Positions 9,235-19,560 of a stretch of 64,000 nucleotides of DNA are shown piece by piece. The notes beneath the pieces were generated by a model. That model did no database searches and was not told the DNA's origin. It saw only the letters and a list, made by a program, of their open reading frames with translations. How positions within the stretch are numbered: position 1 is the first letter of the stretch; the number at the start of each line of letters is the position of its first letter. Source of the DNA: Burkholderiaceae bacterium (lineage in GTDB: Bacteria > Pseudomonadota > Gammaproteobacteria > Burkholderiales > Burkholderiaceae_D); NCBI GenBank assembly GCA_035254005.1, contig DATFBD010000140.1:769-64768 (forward strand). The letters are read 5' to 3'. Made by a program: the position numbers and the translations under genes.

Positions 9235-12200
9235 GTGTCGGCACGCATCCTTATCATTGAAGACAATCCCACCAACATGGAGCTGATGGTGTATCTGCTG
9301 CGCGCCTTCGGCTACACCCCGCTCACGGCCAGCGATGGCGAGGCGGGCGTGGCGGTGGCCCGACAGGAGGTGCCGGACCTGATCATCTGCGACGTGCACC
9401 TGCCCAAGCTCGATGGTTATGGCGTGGTGGCCGCGCTCAAGGGCGACCCGGCCCTGCGCGCGATCCCGGCGCTGGCCGTGACGGCGCTGGCCATGGTGGG
9501 CGACCGGGAAAAGCTGCTGGCGGCCGGCTTTGACGGCTACATCGGCAAGCCGATCGAACCGGATACGTTCGTGAGCCAGATCGAGTCTTTTTTGCCGGGG
9601 GCGTCGGCCCCCGGTAAAAGCGATGTCGCCACCATCCTCATCGTCGATGACCACGTCCTGAACCGGGAATTCCTGATGACGCTGCTCGGCTACGGCGGCC
9701 ACCGGCTGCTGGAGGCCTCCAACGGCGCCGAAGGCTTGAAGATGGTGCACGCCGAGCATCCGGATCTGGTGATCTCGGACATCCTGATGCCCAACATGGA
9801 TGGCTACGAATTCGTCACCCGCATGCACAGCGACCCGGCCACGGCCGACGTGCCCATCATCTTCTACACCGCCACCTACCGCGAGCGCGAGGCGATGGCC
9901 GTGGCCCAGTCGTGCGGGGTGCGCTGGGTGCTGCCCAAGCCGTCCGACCCGGACGTGATCCTGCGCACCGTGCACGAGGCGCTGGGCATGGCGCCGGAAG
10001 TGGAGACCATGCCGACGTTCGCGCCCGAGCCGCCGTCCGAGGGCCGCTTCCACGGCATCGACCACAAGGTGGCCGAGTACCTCGACGTGCTGGAGGCCAG
10101 CAGCCAGCAGATCACCCAGCTGGCCAACCAGGGCGAAGGCGAGGAGCCGGCGCCCGAGCACCTGTCGCTGATGACGGCCCGCCTGTCCAGTTCCCTGTCG
10201 AGCCTGCAGGCCGTGAGCTTGCGCCTGACGGCCCTGATCGAGCTGGGCATCGAACTGGGCGCCGAGCGCGACCCGCAGGCGCTGGTGGAGATCGGCTGCC
10301 GGGTGGCGCAGAACATCTGCGTGTCCAAGTACGCCTGCATCGGCGTGCTCGACAATGGCGCCTCCGAGCTCAGCTATTTCGCCGCCTGCGGCACCGGGCC
10401 GCAGGCGCGCGTGGTGACGAGCGCGCCGCGCGCCGGCGTGCTGCGCGGCCTGCTCGAACAGCGGCTGCCGGTGCGCATCAACGATGTCGATGGCGACCCC
10501 GGCCGCATCGGCCTGCCGGCCGGCCATCCGCCCGTGCACTCGTTCCTGGGCGTGCCCATCGTGTCGCGCGAGCGCACCCACGGCTGGCTGTACCTGGTGG
10601 ACAAACTGGGCGCCGACGAATTCTCCGAAGTCGATGAGCGGGTGGCCGCCACGGTGGCGGCGCAGATCGCCGTCGCCTACGAGAACCTGCTGCTGTACGA
10701 GCAGATCAAACGCCACCATGCCCAGCTCACGCTGGACATGAACGCCCGCATCCGGCTCGACGAGGACTTGCGTCGCTTCCGGCTGGCGATGGACGCCACG
10801 GCCGACGCCATCTTCCTGGTGGACCGGGCCGGCATGTGCTTCGTGGATGTGAACGTGACAGCTTGCCGCATGCTCGGCTACAAGCGCGAGGATTTCCTCG
10901 AAGTGGGGCCGGACAAGAAGGCCACGGGCGATTTGAGCCGGCTGGAGGATTTGTACGACAAGCTGCTGGCCGGCGACCAGAGCGGCGCCATGACCGAACT
11001 GCTGCTCACGCGCCGCGACGGCTCGCTGCTGTCGGTGGAAGTGCAGCGCCGCACGCTGCGCTCGGGCCAGAGCTGGATTCTGGTGGCCGTGGCGCGCGAC
11101 ATCACCGAGCGCAAGGAAGCCGAGCAGCGCCTGCTCAAGCTGGCCCATTTCGACACCCTCACGGGCCTGCCCAACCGCAGCCAGTTCTACGAATCGCTGA
11201 CCCATTCGCTGCACCAGGCCAGCGAGCACAAATGGGCGCTGGCCGTGCTGTTCCTGGACGTGGACCGCTTCAAGAACGTCAACGACACGCTCGGCCACAC
11301 CATCGGCGACGAGCTGCTGCGCCAGTTCTCCAACCGGCTGGTCGATTGCCTGCGCGTGCGCGACACGATAGGCCGCTTCGGCGGCGACGAGTTCGCGGCC
11401 ATCCTGATGCTGCCCGAGGGCGCGCAGAACGCCATCGCCGTGGTCGACAAGATCCGCGAAGCGATGCGCCGTCCGTTCGACCTGAAGGGCCATGAGGTGA
11501 CGGTCACGGCCAGCATCGGCATCTCCGTGTTCCCCGACGACGGCACCGACGCCGACACCCTGATCCAGTACGCCGACACGGCCATGTACCGCGCCAAGGA
11601 AGCCGGGCGCGACGCGTTCCGCTTCTTCACGGCCGAGATGAACGCGCAGTCGCTGGCGCGGCTGGACCTGGAGAACGCGCTGCGCCGCGCCATCGAGAAC
11701 GACGAATTCGTGCTGTACTTCCAGCCCAAGGTGGACATCGGCTCGGGCCGCATCAGCGGTGCCGAAGCCCTGATCCGCTGGCGCCGGCCCGGCCACGGCA
11801 TGGTGTCGCCGGCCCTGTTCATCCCCATCCTGGAGGAGACCGGGCTGATCGTGCGGGTCGGCACCTGGGTGCTCAACGAGGCTTGCCGCAAGATCGCCCA
11901 ATGGAGCCGCAGCAATATCGGCCCCGTGCACCTGTCCGTCAACGTGTCGGGCATCCAGTTCTTCGTCGGCGGGCTGGAGGAGGAGGTGATGAAGGTGATC
12001 AAGCAGCACGACATCGCGCCCGAATTGCTGGAGCTGGAGCTGACGGAAAGCTCGCTGATGTCGAACGCCGAGGACACCATCACGGTGCTGCAGAACCTCA
12101 AGGCGCTGGGGATCCAGATCTCGATCGACGACTTCGGCACCGGCTATTCCAGCCTGGCTTACCTGAAGCGCTTCCCGATCGACAAGCTCAAGATCGACAT

Positions 12201-12861
12201 CGCCTTCGTGCGCGAGGTGACGAGCAATCCCGACGATGCCGCCATCGTGCTGGCCATCATCAACATGGCGCACAGCATGAAACTGGAAGTGATCGCCGAG
12301 GGCGTGGAGAAGGATGCGCAACTGGCTTATCTGCGCCGCCATGGCTGCGACGAAATGCAGGGCTACTATTTCAGCCGGCCGCTGCCGGAAGAGGAGTTCG
12401 AACAAATGCTAAGCGAAGGAAAATCCCTGCAGACGCCGGCCGACGAGACGGTGCTTGAGCAGCAGACCCTGCTGATTGTCGATGACGACGCGTTCATGCT
12501 GGACGTGCTGACCGATTTCCTGGCCCAGGACGGCTACCGCATCCTGACGGCGCAAACGGCGGCCGAGGGCTTCGACGTGCTGGCGCGGCACCGGGTGCAG
12601 GTGATCCTGTGCGACCAGTGCATGCCGCTGATGAGCGGGACGGAATTCATGGAGCGGGTCAAGAACCTGGCGCCGGACACCTTCCGCATCATGCTGTCGG
12701 CCTACGCGGACCTGACGCCCATCATGGCCGCCATCAACCACGGCGCCATCGACCGCTTCTACACCAAGCCATGGAAGGGCGCCGTGCTGCGCGAGAACAT
12801 CCGCGAAGGGTTCCGGCTGCACGCCCAGCTGCACGGCCCCAGCGCCGTCGTCAGCGGCTGA
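9235..12861 (+). CDS. REC-REC-GAF-PAS-GGDEF-EAL-REC diguanylate cyclase/phosphodiesterase
   Basis: Three receiver domains (IIED, IVDD, IVDD), GAF (HSFLGVPI), GGDEF, EAL, DDFGTGYSSL, EGVE. Confidence 0.92.
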   Translation: MSARILIIEDNPTNMELMVYLLRAFGYTPLTASDGEAGVAVARQEVPDLIICDVHLPKLDGYGVVAALKGDPALRAIPALAVTALAMVGDREKLLAAGFDGYIGKPIEPDTFVSQIESFLPGASAPGKSDVATILIVDDHVLNREFLMTLLGYGGHRLLEASNGAEGLKMVHAEHPDLVISDILMPNMDGYEFVTRMHSDPATADVPIIFYTATYREREAMAVAQSCGVRWVLPKPSDPDVILRTVHEALGMAPEVETMPTFAPEPPSEGRFHGIDHKVAEYLDVLEASSQQITQLANQGEGEEPAPEHLSLMTARLSSSLSSLQAVSLRLTALIELGIELGAERDPQALVEIGCRVAQNICVSKYACIGVLDNGASELSYFAACGTGPQARVVTSAPRAGVLRGLLEQRLPVRINDVDGDPGRIGLPAGHPPVHSFLGVPIVSRERTHGWLYLVDKLGADEFSEVDERVAATVAAQIAVAYENLLLYEQIKRHHAQLTLDMNARIRLDEDLRRFRLAMDATADAIFLVDRAGMCFVDVNVTACRMLGYKREDFLEVGPDKKATGDLSRLEDLYDKLLAGDQSGAMTELLLTRRDGSLLSVEVQRRTLRSGQSWILVAVARDITERKEAEQRLLKLAHFDTLTGLPNRSQFYESLTHSLHQASEHKWALAVLFLDVDRFKNVNDTLGHTIGDELLRQFSNRLVDCLRVRDTIGRFGGDEFAAILMLPEGAQNAIAVVDKIREAMRRPFDLKGHEVTVTASIGISVFPDDGTDADTLIQYADTAMYRAKEAGRDAFRFFTAEMNAQSLARLDLENALRRAIENDEFVLYFQPKVDIGSGRISGAEALIRWRRPGHGMVSPALFIPILEETGLIVRVGTWVLNEACRKIAQWSRSNIGPVHLSVNVSGIQFFVGGLEEEVMKVIKQHDIAPELLELELTESSLMSNAEDTITVLQNLKALGIQISIDDFGTGYSSLAYLKRFPIDKLKIDIAFVREVTSNPDDAAIVLAIINMAHSMKLEVIAEGVEKDAQLAYLRRHGCDEMQGYYFSRPLPEEEFEQMLSEGKSLQTPADETVLEQQTLLIVDDDAFMLDVLTDFLAQDGYRILTAQTAAEGFDVLARHRVQVILCDQCMPLMSGTEFMERVKNLAPDTFRIMLSAYADLTPIMAAINHGAIDRFYTKPWKGAVLRENIREGFRLHAQLHGPSAVVSG

Positions 12862-12967
12862 ACAGCTGCGCCGGCGCATGCCGAGGGGCTGCCCCTATTG
12901 CGGCAGACCCTGGTTTTAGCGTGCGCCAGCAAGACTTGGCGCACATCGCTGCCGTCCGGGCGCCGCC

Positions 12968-14656
12968 TTAAAACTCTTCCCACTCGCTGGCTGCGGCGGC
13001 CTTGGCGGGCTGGCGCACGGCCGCGGGAGCGGGCGTGGGCGCCAGGGCGCGGGCCGAGGCCGCCGGCTTGGCCGGCACCGGAGCCGCACGGCGTGGCGCG
13101 ACCGGTGCGCCGGCCATGTCGATGGTGAACGCGCTCACCGCCTGCGCCAGGTCGCTGGCCTGGTCCTGCATGTTCTGCGAGGCGGCCGCCGTCTGCTCCA
13201 CCAGCGCCGCGTTCTGCTGCGTGCCCTGGTCCATCTGCGCCACCGCCTCGTGCACCTGGGCGATGCCGGAATTCTGTTCCGCCGTCGCCGAGCTGATTTC
13301 GGCCACGATGTCCGACACCTGCTGCACGCTGGTGACCACGTGGCCCATGGTGGTGCCGGCCTGTTCCACCAGGCGGGTACCGCTGTCCACTTTTTCCACC
13401 GAATCGTCGATCAGCACCTTGATTTCCTTGGCCGCCGCCGCCGAACGCTGGGCCAGGCTGCGCACTTCTCCCGCCACCACGGCGAAGCCGCGGCCCTGTT
13501 CGCCGGCGCGGGCCGCCTCCACGGCCGCGTTCAGGGCCAGGATATTGGTCTGGAAGGCGATGCCGTCGATCACGCTGATGATGTCGACGATCTTGCGCGA
13601 CGATTCGTTGATCGAGCCCATGGTCTGGATCACCTGATCCACCACGCCGCCGCCGTCGGCCGCCACCTGCGAGGCCGACTGGGCCAGCTGGTTGGCCTGG
13701 CGCGCGTTGTCGGCGTTCTGGCTCACGGTCGAGCGCAGCTGGTCCATGCAGGACGCCGTTTCTTCGAGCGCGGCCGCTTGCTGGGCCGTGCGCGAGGCCA
13801 GGTCGGCCGTGCCTTCGGCGATCTGCTGCGAGGCCAGTTGCACCGCGTCGGCCGAGCTGCGGGCCGTGCCCACCACGCCGGCGATCTGGCGCAGCAGGCG
13901 GTTGAAGGCCTGCGCCGTGTGGCCGATCTCATCCATGCGTTCGATTTCCACCTGGTGCGTCAGGTCCAGCGACTGGCTGACCTGTTCCAGCGTGCCGCGA
14001 ATGTTGCCCAGGCTGGCGTTGATGATGCGGTACAGCTGCACGGCCAGCACGGCCGTCACCAGCAGGCCGGCCAGCGTCACCGCGACCAGCAGGCGCACGG
14101 CCGAGCTGTAGGCGGCGTCGCTGCTCTTGCGCACTTCCTCGATCAGTTTCTTGTTGAACGCAATGTGTTCGTCCAGCCCTTTCTTGACGCCGGCCGCCGA
14201 CACGGCCAGCGGGGTGCCGGCCAGCAGCGTGGCACGCACGCCGTCCATGTCGCCGGCGTGCGAGGCGGCCAGGAAGGGCACCAGCGCCTGGCGGTAGGCC
14301 GCCATGTTGGCCTTGTCCGCTTCCAGCAGCTTGCGGTCGGCGTCGTCGTAGATATGCTCTTTCTCGTAGGTGGCGATCACTTCGTCGAACTTGGCGTGGG
14401 CCTCGTTGTAGGCCTTGTCGAGCGCCGATTTGTCGTCCAGGTTGGAGAACACGGACAGGCGGTAGCCGGCCAGCCGGCTGTCGGCCAGCGCGCCCTTGGC
14501 GCTGTTCAAGCCTTCGATGCTGGGGATCAGGCGGGCCTGGACCATGTCCAGCCGTTGCTGCGCGGCCGACAACTGCCACAGTCCATTGGCGCCTACAAAG
14601 ATCAGGGCCAGCAGGGCCGCCGACAGAGTCAGGATAAGACGCTTGGAGATAGTCAT
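12968..14656 (-). CDS. Methyl-accepting chemotaxis protein
   Basis: TM-4HB-TM-HAMP layout, [31 protein letters not shown]-terminal pentapeptide EWEEF; ATG at 14656. Confidence 0.93.
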   Translation of the reverse strand: MTISKRLILTLSAALLALIFVGANGLWQLSAAQQRLDMVQARLIPSIEGLNSAKGALADSRLAGYRLSVFSNLDDKSALDKAYNEAHAKFDEVIATYEKEHIYDDADRKLLEADKANMAAYRQALVPFLAASHAGDMDGVRATLLAGTPLAVSAAGVKKGLDEHIAFNKKLIEEVRKSSDAAYSSAVRLLVAVTLAGLLVTAVLAVQLYRIINASLGNIRGTLEQVSQSLDLTHQVEIERMDEIGHTAQAFNRLLRQIAGVVGTARSSADAVQLASQQIAEGTADLASRTAQQAAALEETASCMDQLRSTVSQNADNARQANQLAQSASQVAADGGGVVDQVIQTMGSINESSRKIVDIISVIDGIAFQTNILALNAAVEAARAGEQGRGFAVVAGEVRSLAQRSAAAAKEIKVLIDDSVEKVDSGTRLVEQAGTTMGHVVTSVQQVSDIVAEISSATAEQNSGIAQVHEAVAQMDQGTQQNAALVEQTAAASQNMQDQASDLAQAVSAFTIDMAGAPVAPRRAAPVPAKPAASARALAPTPAPAAVRQPAKAAAASEWEEF

Positions 14657-14862
14657 GGGGAGGTGCTTTTCGTCAGGGTTAGGGAGGGTCGTGCGGGTAT
14701 GCCGTGCGGACGCTGCCAAGACGATAAGTATTGCAGAATTGCTTTTGTTGGTGCAAGTTTAATTGCAGTGGTATGGCCGACAACGCAACGGCCGCGCCAG
14801 GATGGCCGGCGCAGGCCGGGAGCCCTGTCCAGGACAGGGCTCTGGTCGCGGCGCGCGCAGGG

Positions 14863-15441
14863 TCAGCCGAGCAGGGCGACGTCCGGCAGGTTGGTCAGCA
14901 CCTGGTCGTAGGTGGTGTGGGTTTCCAGCGCGTGGATGACGACGGGCAGCGGTTCGGCCCAGATTTCCGGCAGATCGCGTTCCATGGGCGGGCGGACGGC
15001 GAAGGCCAGCGCCTCGGTGGGCGGCGAGAAGCGGGCGTCCACGCCGGGCTTGTTGCCGCGCGCGTCGATGCGGTACCAGCCGAACTGCGGCAGGTGGACC
15101 GCGTTCAGGCCGTGCAGGCAGTAGGGCGCACCATCGGTGCCCACGGTCAGGCGCTGGTAGCACAGTCCGGCCGGGATGCCGTTGGCGCGCAGCAGGGCGG
15201 CCAGCAGGTGGCTCTTGGCGTAGCAATAGCCGGTGCGGTGGCGCAGCACGTCCGACGCCTTGCAGGTGACGGGATTGAGCTGGTAGTCCGCGCTGTGGCG
15301 GATCTCGTCGCGCACGAATTCGAAGCAGCGTTGCGCCACGGTGAGCGCTTCGGTGGCGCCTTCGGCCAGTGCGGCGGCCTTGGCGGCCACGTCCGGATGG
15401 TCGAAATCGATGTAGGTACTGGCGGCGAGATAGGTTTGCAT
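14863..15441 (-). CDS. Transglutaminase-like domain protein
   Basis: GYCYAKSHLLAALLRA (Cys), LHGLN (His), WYRIDARG (Asp) triad. Confidence 0.85.
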   Translation of the reverse strand: MQTYLAASTYIDFDHPDVAAKAAALAEGATEALTVAQRCFEFVRDEIRHSADYQLNPVTCKASDVLRHRTGYCYAKSHLLAALLRANGIPAGLCYQRLTVGTDGAPYCLHGLNAVHLPQFGWYRIDARGNKPGVDARFSPPTEALAFAVRPPMERDLPEIWAEPLPVVIHALETHTTYDQVLTNLPDVALLG

Positions 15442-15570
15442 AAAATGAAAAGTTGGGATCAATGCCAGCAATCATACATGGGCGCGTGCAGCTTTGTTGG
15501 CGCTGACCCCGGACTGGCATTTATACTGGCGGGCCTTGCCCCACTGGCGCCCCGCGCCCGACCGACGATC

Positions 15571-16296
15571 ATGACGAAAGCCGCTACCGCTACCCAGCCA
15601 GCCGTGTCCACACCAGCGGCGCCGGCAGCGCCATCGCGCGCGCGCGCGGGCGGTGCGTCCGACCGCGGCGGGCGCACGCGCGAGCAGATCCTGCGCGCCA
15701 CGCTGGAGATCATCGCCGCCCACGGCCTGTCGGGCGTGAGCCATCGCGCCATCGCGGCCAGGGCCGATGTGCGGCTGTCGCTGACCAGCTATCACTTCGG
15801 TTCGCTGGAGGAGTTGCTGGAGGCAGCGTTCGACGCCTACCACGCCCACACCGAGCAGCGCCGCACGGCCCTGGTGGCCCAGGTAGATCAGCAGATGGGG
15901 CAGTTGCCCAACAAGCTGACGCCGGAGGTGCTGACCGCCATCGCCGACACCATGGCCGATACGCTGGCCGCCTACATCCACGCCGGCGTGCGCGAGCACC
16001 GTACCGACCTCGCTGTTGAATGCAGCTTCCTGTTCGCCTGGAACCTGTCGCCCACCTTGCGCCAGAAAGTGGACCAGCACAGCAAGGGGCTGGTGCAACT
16101 GGCGGCCCGCGTGTTCGCCCAGTTGGGCAGCCGCGCGCCCGAAGTGGACAGCGCGGTGCTGCTGGCCACCATCCGCCAGCTTGAATTCACGCAGGTGTCC
16201 ACCGGCGTGGTCAGCCCCGTGGCCGACATCAAGCTGCCGCTGTTCCGCCTGCTGCTGGGCCTGCTGATGGCGCGCGGCGTCACACCGATCCTCTGA
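15571..16296 (+). CDS. TetR family transcriptional regulator
   Basis: TREQILRATLEII...SHRAIAARADVRLSLTSYHFGS helix-turn-helix; ATG at 15571. Confidence 0.85.
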   Translation: MTKAATATQPAVSTPAAPAAPSRARAGGASDRGGRTREQILRATLEIIAAHGLSGVSHRAIAARADVRLSLTSYHFGSLEELLEAAFDAYHAHTEQRRTALVAQVDQQMGQLPNKLTPEVLTAIADTMADTLAAYIHAGVREHRTDLAVECSFLFAWNLSPTLRQKVDQHSKGLVQLAARVFAQLGSRAPEVDSAVLLATIRQLEFTQVSTGVVSPVADIKLPLFRLLLGLLMARGVTPIL

Positions 16297-16317
16297 GTTG
16301 ATTTGACAACAGTTTGG

Positions 16318-16362
16318 TTGACAGCGGTTTTAATCAATGTGAATATTGGACGACTGTCCAAT
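16318..16362 (+). promoter_or_regulatory. Sigma70 promoter with overlapping palindromic operator
   Basis: TTGACA (16318-16323), 17-bp spacer, TGt-GAATAT (-10 at 16341-16346); palindrome ATTGGAC-gact-GTCCAAT at 16345-16362. Confidence 0.7.
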
Positions 16363-16390
16363 TTTGATGTTGTTCAAGACCGGAGCATTG

Positions 16391-16771
16391 ATGCGGAATC
16401 GAAAGTCAATCAAGTCGCTGGCATCGCTGGCATGTTCGGCGGCCGCGCTGGCCTGCCTGCTGGGCCAGGCTGGCGCGGCGGAGTTGAGCGCGCGCCAGTC
16501 CCAGTTGTTGGCCAATAACTGCCTGCAATGCCATGCGCGCGCGGGCGTGGGCGCGCCGCAGGCGGGCGACGCACAGGCCTGGAAGCCCTACGTGGCCAAG
16601 GGCGAGCCGGCCATGTTGGTCAACGCCGTGCAGGGCACGGGCGGCATGCCGCCGCTCGGCTATTGCAGCGCCTGCACCGAGGATGATTTCCGCGCCCTGA
16701 TCCGCTTCATGGCCAGGCTGGCGCCAGCGGCTGCGGCCAGCGGCGGCAGCGCACAGGGAGTGGCCAAATGA
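16391..16771 (+). CDS. Cytochrome c5-like protein (SphB-like)
   Basis: Signal peptide, CLQCH haem motif, GMPPLGYC. Confidence 0.85.
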   Translation: MRNRKSIKSLASLACSAAALACLLGQAGAAELSARQSQLLANNCLQCHARAGVGAPQAGDAQAWKPYVAKGEPAMLVNAVQGTGGMPPLGYCSACTEDDFRALIRFMARLAPAAAASGGSAQGVAK

Positions 16772-18177
16772 AGCGCCGCACCTTCCTGCAGGCGGCCGCC
16801 GGTGCCGGTGTGGCAGCGGCGGCCGGGGTGCTGGCCGGTTGCGGCCGCAGCGAGGCCGTGCCGCAAAGTCCCGTCGATTTTGTGCCCGGCAAAGCCCTGC
16901 CGTGGATGAACTGGTCCGGCAACCAGAGCTGCACCCCGGCCTGGCGCGCGGCGCCGGCCAGCGAAGCGGAACTGGTCGACGTGCTGGCCCGCGCCAGGGG
17001 CGTGGTGCGCGCCGTGGGCGCCAGCCATTCCTTCAGCGCCGTGGTGCCGACCGATGGCACGCTGGTGGCCACCGATCTGCTGAGCGGGCTGGTGTCGCAC
17101 GACCCGGCCACGCTGCGCGCCGAGATCCTGGCCGGCACCCGCATGCATGCGCTGGGCTCCATGCTGCACGGCGTGGGCCAGTCGGTGCCGAATATGCCGG
17201 ACATGGATTACCCGGCCATGGGCGGCGCCATCGTCAATGCCGTGCACGGCACGGGGCAGCGTTTCGGTTCCATGTCCTCGTGCGTGACGGCGCTGACGCT
17301 GGCCACGCCGTCGGGCCAGCTGATCGATTGCTCGGCCGAGCGCAACGCGGAAGTGTTCCACGCGGCCCGCACCTCGGTCGGCGCGCTGGGCATCATTTCG
17401 CGCATGACCTTGCAGAACGTGGCGCCGTTCCGGCTGGTGGAGACCACGCGCATCGAAGCCACCGAGGACGTGCTGGCCGAAATCGCCAGGCGCTGCGCCA
17501 TGCACCGCAATTTCGAATGCATGCCGCTGCCGCATTCCTCGCTGTGCGTCACCATCGCCACCGACGAGGCGGGGCCGCACGACAAGCCCGCCGGCGAGGA
17601 CGATCCGCAAGCCGTCAAGTCGCTGCGCACCCTGTGGCAGGCTGTGGGCTGGATGCCGGGCATGGGCGAGGCGGCCTACGACAAGCTGCTCACCACCTTC
17701 ATGGCGGGCGAGGGTTCGCAAGTGCGCGTAGGGCAGTCCTACGAGGTGTTCCCGCACGTGCGCGTGGTGCGCTTTCGCGAGATGGAGTACACGGTGCCGG
17801 CGGAAGCTGGCCCGGCCTGCGTGCGCGAGATCCTGCGCACCATCCGCGAGCGGCGCCTGCCGATTGCGTTCCCACTCGAATACCGCTACGTGAAGGCGGA
17901 CGATATCTGGCTGTCCATGTTCGAAGGCCGCGACGGTTGTTCGATCTCCGTGCACCAGTACGGCGACACCGACCACCGCGCCTATTTCGCCGAGATCGAG
18001 CCGATCTTCTGGAAATACGAAGGCCGCCCGCACTGGGGCAAGATCCACACGCTGGACGCGGCGCGGCTGGCGGCGCTTTATCCGCGCCACTGGAAGGACT
18101 TCCATGAAGTGCGGCGCAGCCTCGATCCGCAGGGCCGCATGCTCAACCCCCATTTGAAACACATCTTCGGAGCCTGA
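16768..18177 (+). CDS. Tat lipoprotein FAD-linked oxidase, sugar-1,4-lactone oxidase family (SphC-like)
   Basis: KRRTFL + LAGC, NWSG, VGASHSF, FREMEY, FPLEYR, GRPHWGK. Confidence 0.87.
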   Translation: MKRRTFLQAAAGAGVAAAAGVLAGCGRSEAVPQSPVDFVPGKALPWMNWSGNQSCTPAWRAAPASEAELVDVLARARGVVRAVGASHSFSAVVPTDGTLVATDLLSGLVSHDPATLRAEILAGTRMHALGSMLHGVGQSVPNMPDMDYPAMGGAIVNAVHGTGQRFGSMSSCVTALTLATPSGQLIDCSAERNAEVFHAARTSVGALGIISRMTLQNVAPFRLVETTRIEATEDVLAEIARRCAMHRNFECMPLPHSSLCVTIATDEAGPHDKPAGEDDPQAVKSLRTLWQAVGWMPGMGEAAYDKLLTTFMAGEGSQVRVGQSYEVFPHVRVVRFREMEYTVPAEAGPACVREILRTIRERRLPIAFPLEYRYVKADDIWLSMFEGRDGCSISVHQYGDTDHRAYFAEIEPIFWKYEGRPHWGKIHTLDAARLAALYPRHWKDFHEVRRSLDPQGRMLNPHLKHIFGA

Positions 18178-18178
18178 A

Positions 18179-19450
18179 ATGGTGACACGCCGCACCTTCC
18201 TGGCGGCCGGTGGCGCCGCCGCCGTCGCCGCCGCCGCCATCGCCAGGCCGCACGACGAAGGCGGCCCTTATCCAGCCTACTTCGCCGCCATGAACCGCAC
18301 CTTGCGGGCGCAGCGCATCGACCGTCCGGTGCTGGTGATCGACCTGGACCGGCTGGACCGCAACATCGCCCGCGTGCGCCAGTCGGCCGCCGTGGCGCCG
18401 GCCAAGACTTACCGCATCGTCGTCAAGTCGCTCCCCAGCCCGGCGCTGATCGACTACGTAGCCAGGGCGGCCGGCACCAATGCCTTCATGGTATTCCACC
18501 GGCCGTTCCTGAACGCGATGGCGGCCCTGCGGCCGGATGCCGACATCCTGCTCGGCAAGCCGATGCCGGTGGACGCGGCGCGCCACTTCTACGCCGACCT
18601 GCAGGGCGGATTCAAGCCCGAACGCCAGCTGCAATGGCTGATCGACACCAACGCGCGGCTGGCGCAGTACCAGCAACTGGCACGCGAACTGGGAGTGAAG
18701 ATGCGCATCAATTTCGAGCTGGACGTGGGCCTGCACCGGGGCGGCTTCGACGACCACGGCGCGATGGCGCAGGCGCTGGCCACCATCGCCGCCGATCCGC
18801 AGCATCTCGAATTCGCGGGTTTCATGGGCTACGACGCCCACCTGATGGGGCTTCCCGCGTTCCTGGCCGAGCGTGAATTCCCCAAGGTGCGGGCGCGCTA
18901 CCAGGGCTTTATCGACCTGCTCAAGGCCAGCCAGCCTGCCATGGCCGCCAGGCCCTTGTGCCTGAACGGCGCGGGTAGTCCCACCTTCCGTCTCTACGAA
19001 GGCGACGCGCTGCTGAACGACATTTCGGCCGGCACCTGTTTGATGAAGCCCAGTCATTACGACTTGCCGACCTTGGCCGAATTCGAGCCATCCGCCTTCA
19101 TCGCCACGCCCGTGCTCAAGCGGCTGGCGCACACGCGGCTGCCGGCGCTCGAATGGACCGCGCCATTGCTGGAAGGGTGGAATCCAAACATGGCGCAGAC
19201 CTACTTCATCTACAGCGGCAACTGGCTGGCCGAACCCGAGGCGCCGCCGGGATTGCATCCGCACTTCGCCTACGTCAGCTCGAACCAGCAGGGCTTGAAC
19301 GGTTCGGCCAGGGTGCCGCTGGAAGTGGACGATTTTGTGTTCCTGCGTCCGCTCCAGAGCGAGGCCGTGCTGCTGCAGTTCGGCGAACTGCTGGCGCTGC
19401 GCGGCGACAAGGTGGCCGCACGCTGGCCGGTGCTGACGGCGGCGCTGTAA
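18179..19450 (+). CDS. Tat-exported PLP-dependent DSD1/alanine-racemase-fold enzyme (SphD-like)
   Basis: TRRTFL, VIDLDRLDRN, RIVVKSL (PLP Lys), ELDVGLHRGG, GFMGYDAH. Confidence 0.83.
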   Translation: MVTRRTFLAAGGAAAVAAAAIARPHDEGGPYPAYFAAMNRTLRAQRIDRPVLVIDLDRLDRNIARVRQSAAVAPAKTYRIVVKSLPSPALIDYVARAAGTNAFMVFHRPFLNAMAALRPDADILLGKPMPVDAARHFYADLQGGFKPERQLQWLIDTNARLAQYQQLARELGVKMRINFELDVGLHRGGFDDHGAMAQALATIAADPQHLEFAGFMGYDAHLMGLPAFLAEREFPKVRARYQGFIDLLKASQPAMAARPLCLNGAGSPTFRLYEGDALLNDISAGTCLMKPSHYDLPTLAEFEPSAFIATPVLKRLAHTRLPALEWTAPLLEGWNPNMAQTYFIYSGNWLAEPEAPPGLHPHFAYVSSNQQGLNGSARVPLEVDDFVFLRPLQSEAVLLQFGELLALRGDKVAARWPVLTAAL

Positions 19451-19500
19451 CGACCACCACGATGCAAAAGCCGCCAGCGACCAGGAGCGGCGAAGACGAT

Positions 19501-19545
19501 AACAACAACGACAACAACGACGACAACAACGACAACAACGACAAC
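19501..19545 (+). repeat. (AAC/GAC)15 trinucleotide tract abutting the RBS of the TonB receptor
   Basis: 15 consecutive RAC triplets followed by AAAGGAG, then ATG at 19561. Confidence 0.85.
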
Positions 19546-19560
19546 AAAGGAGACCAGTGC

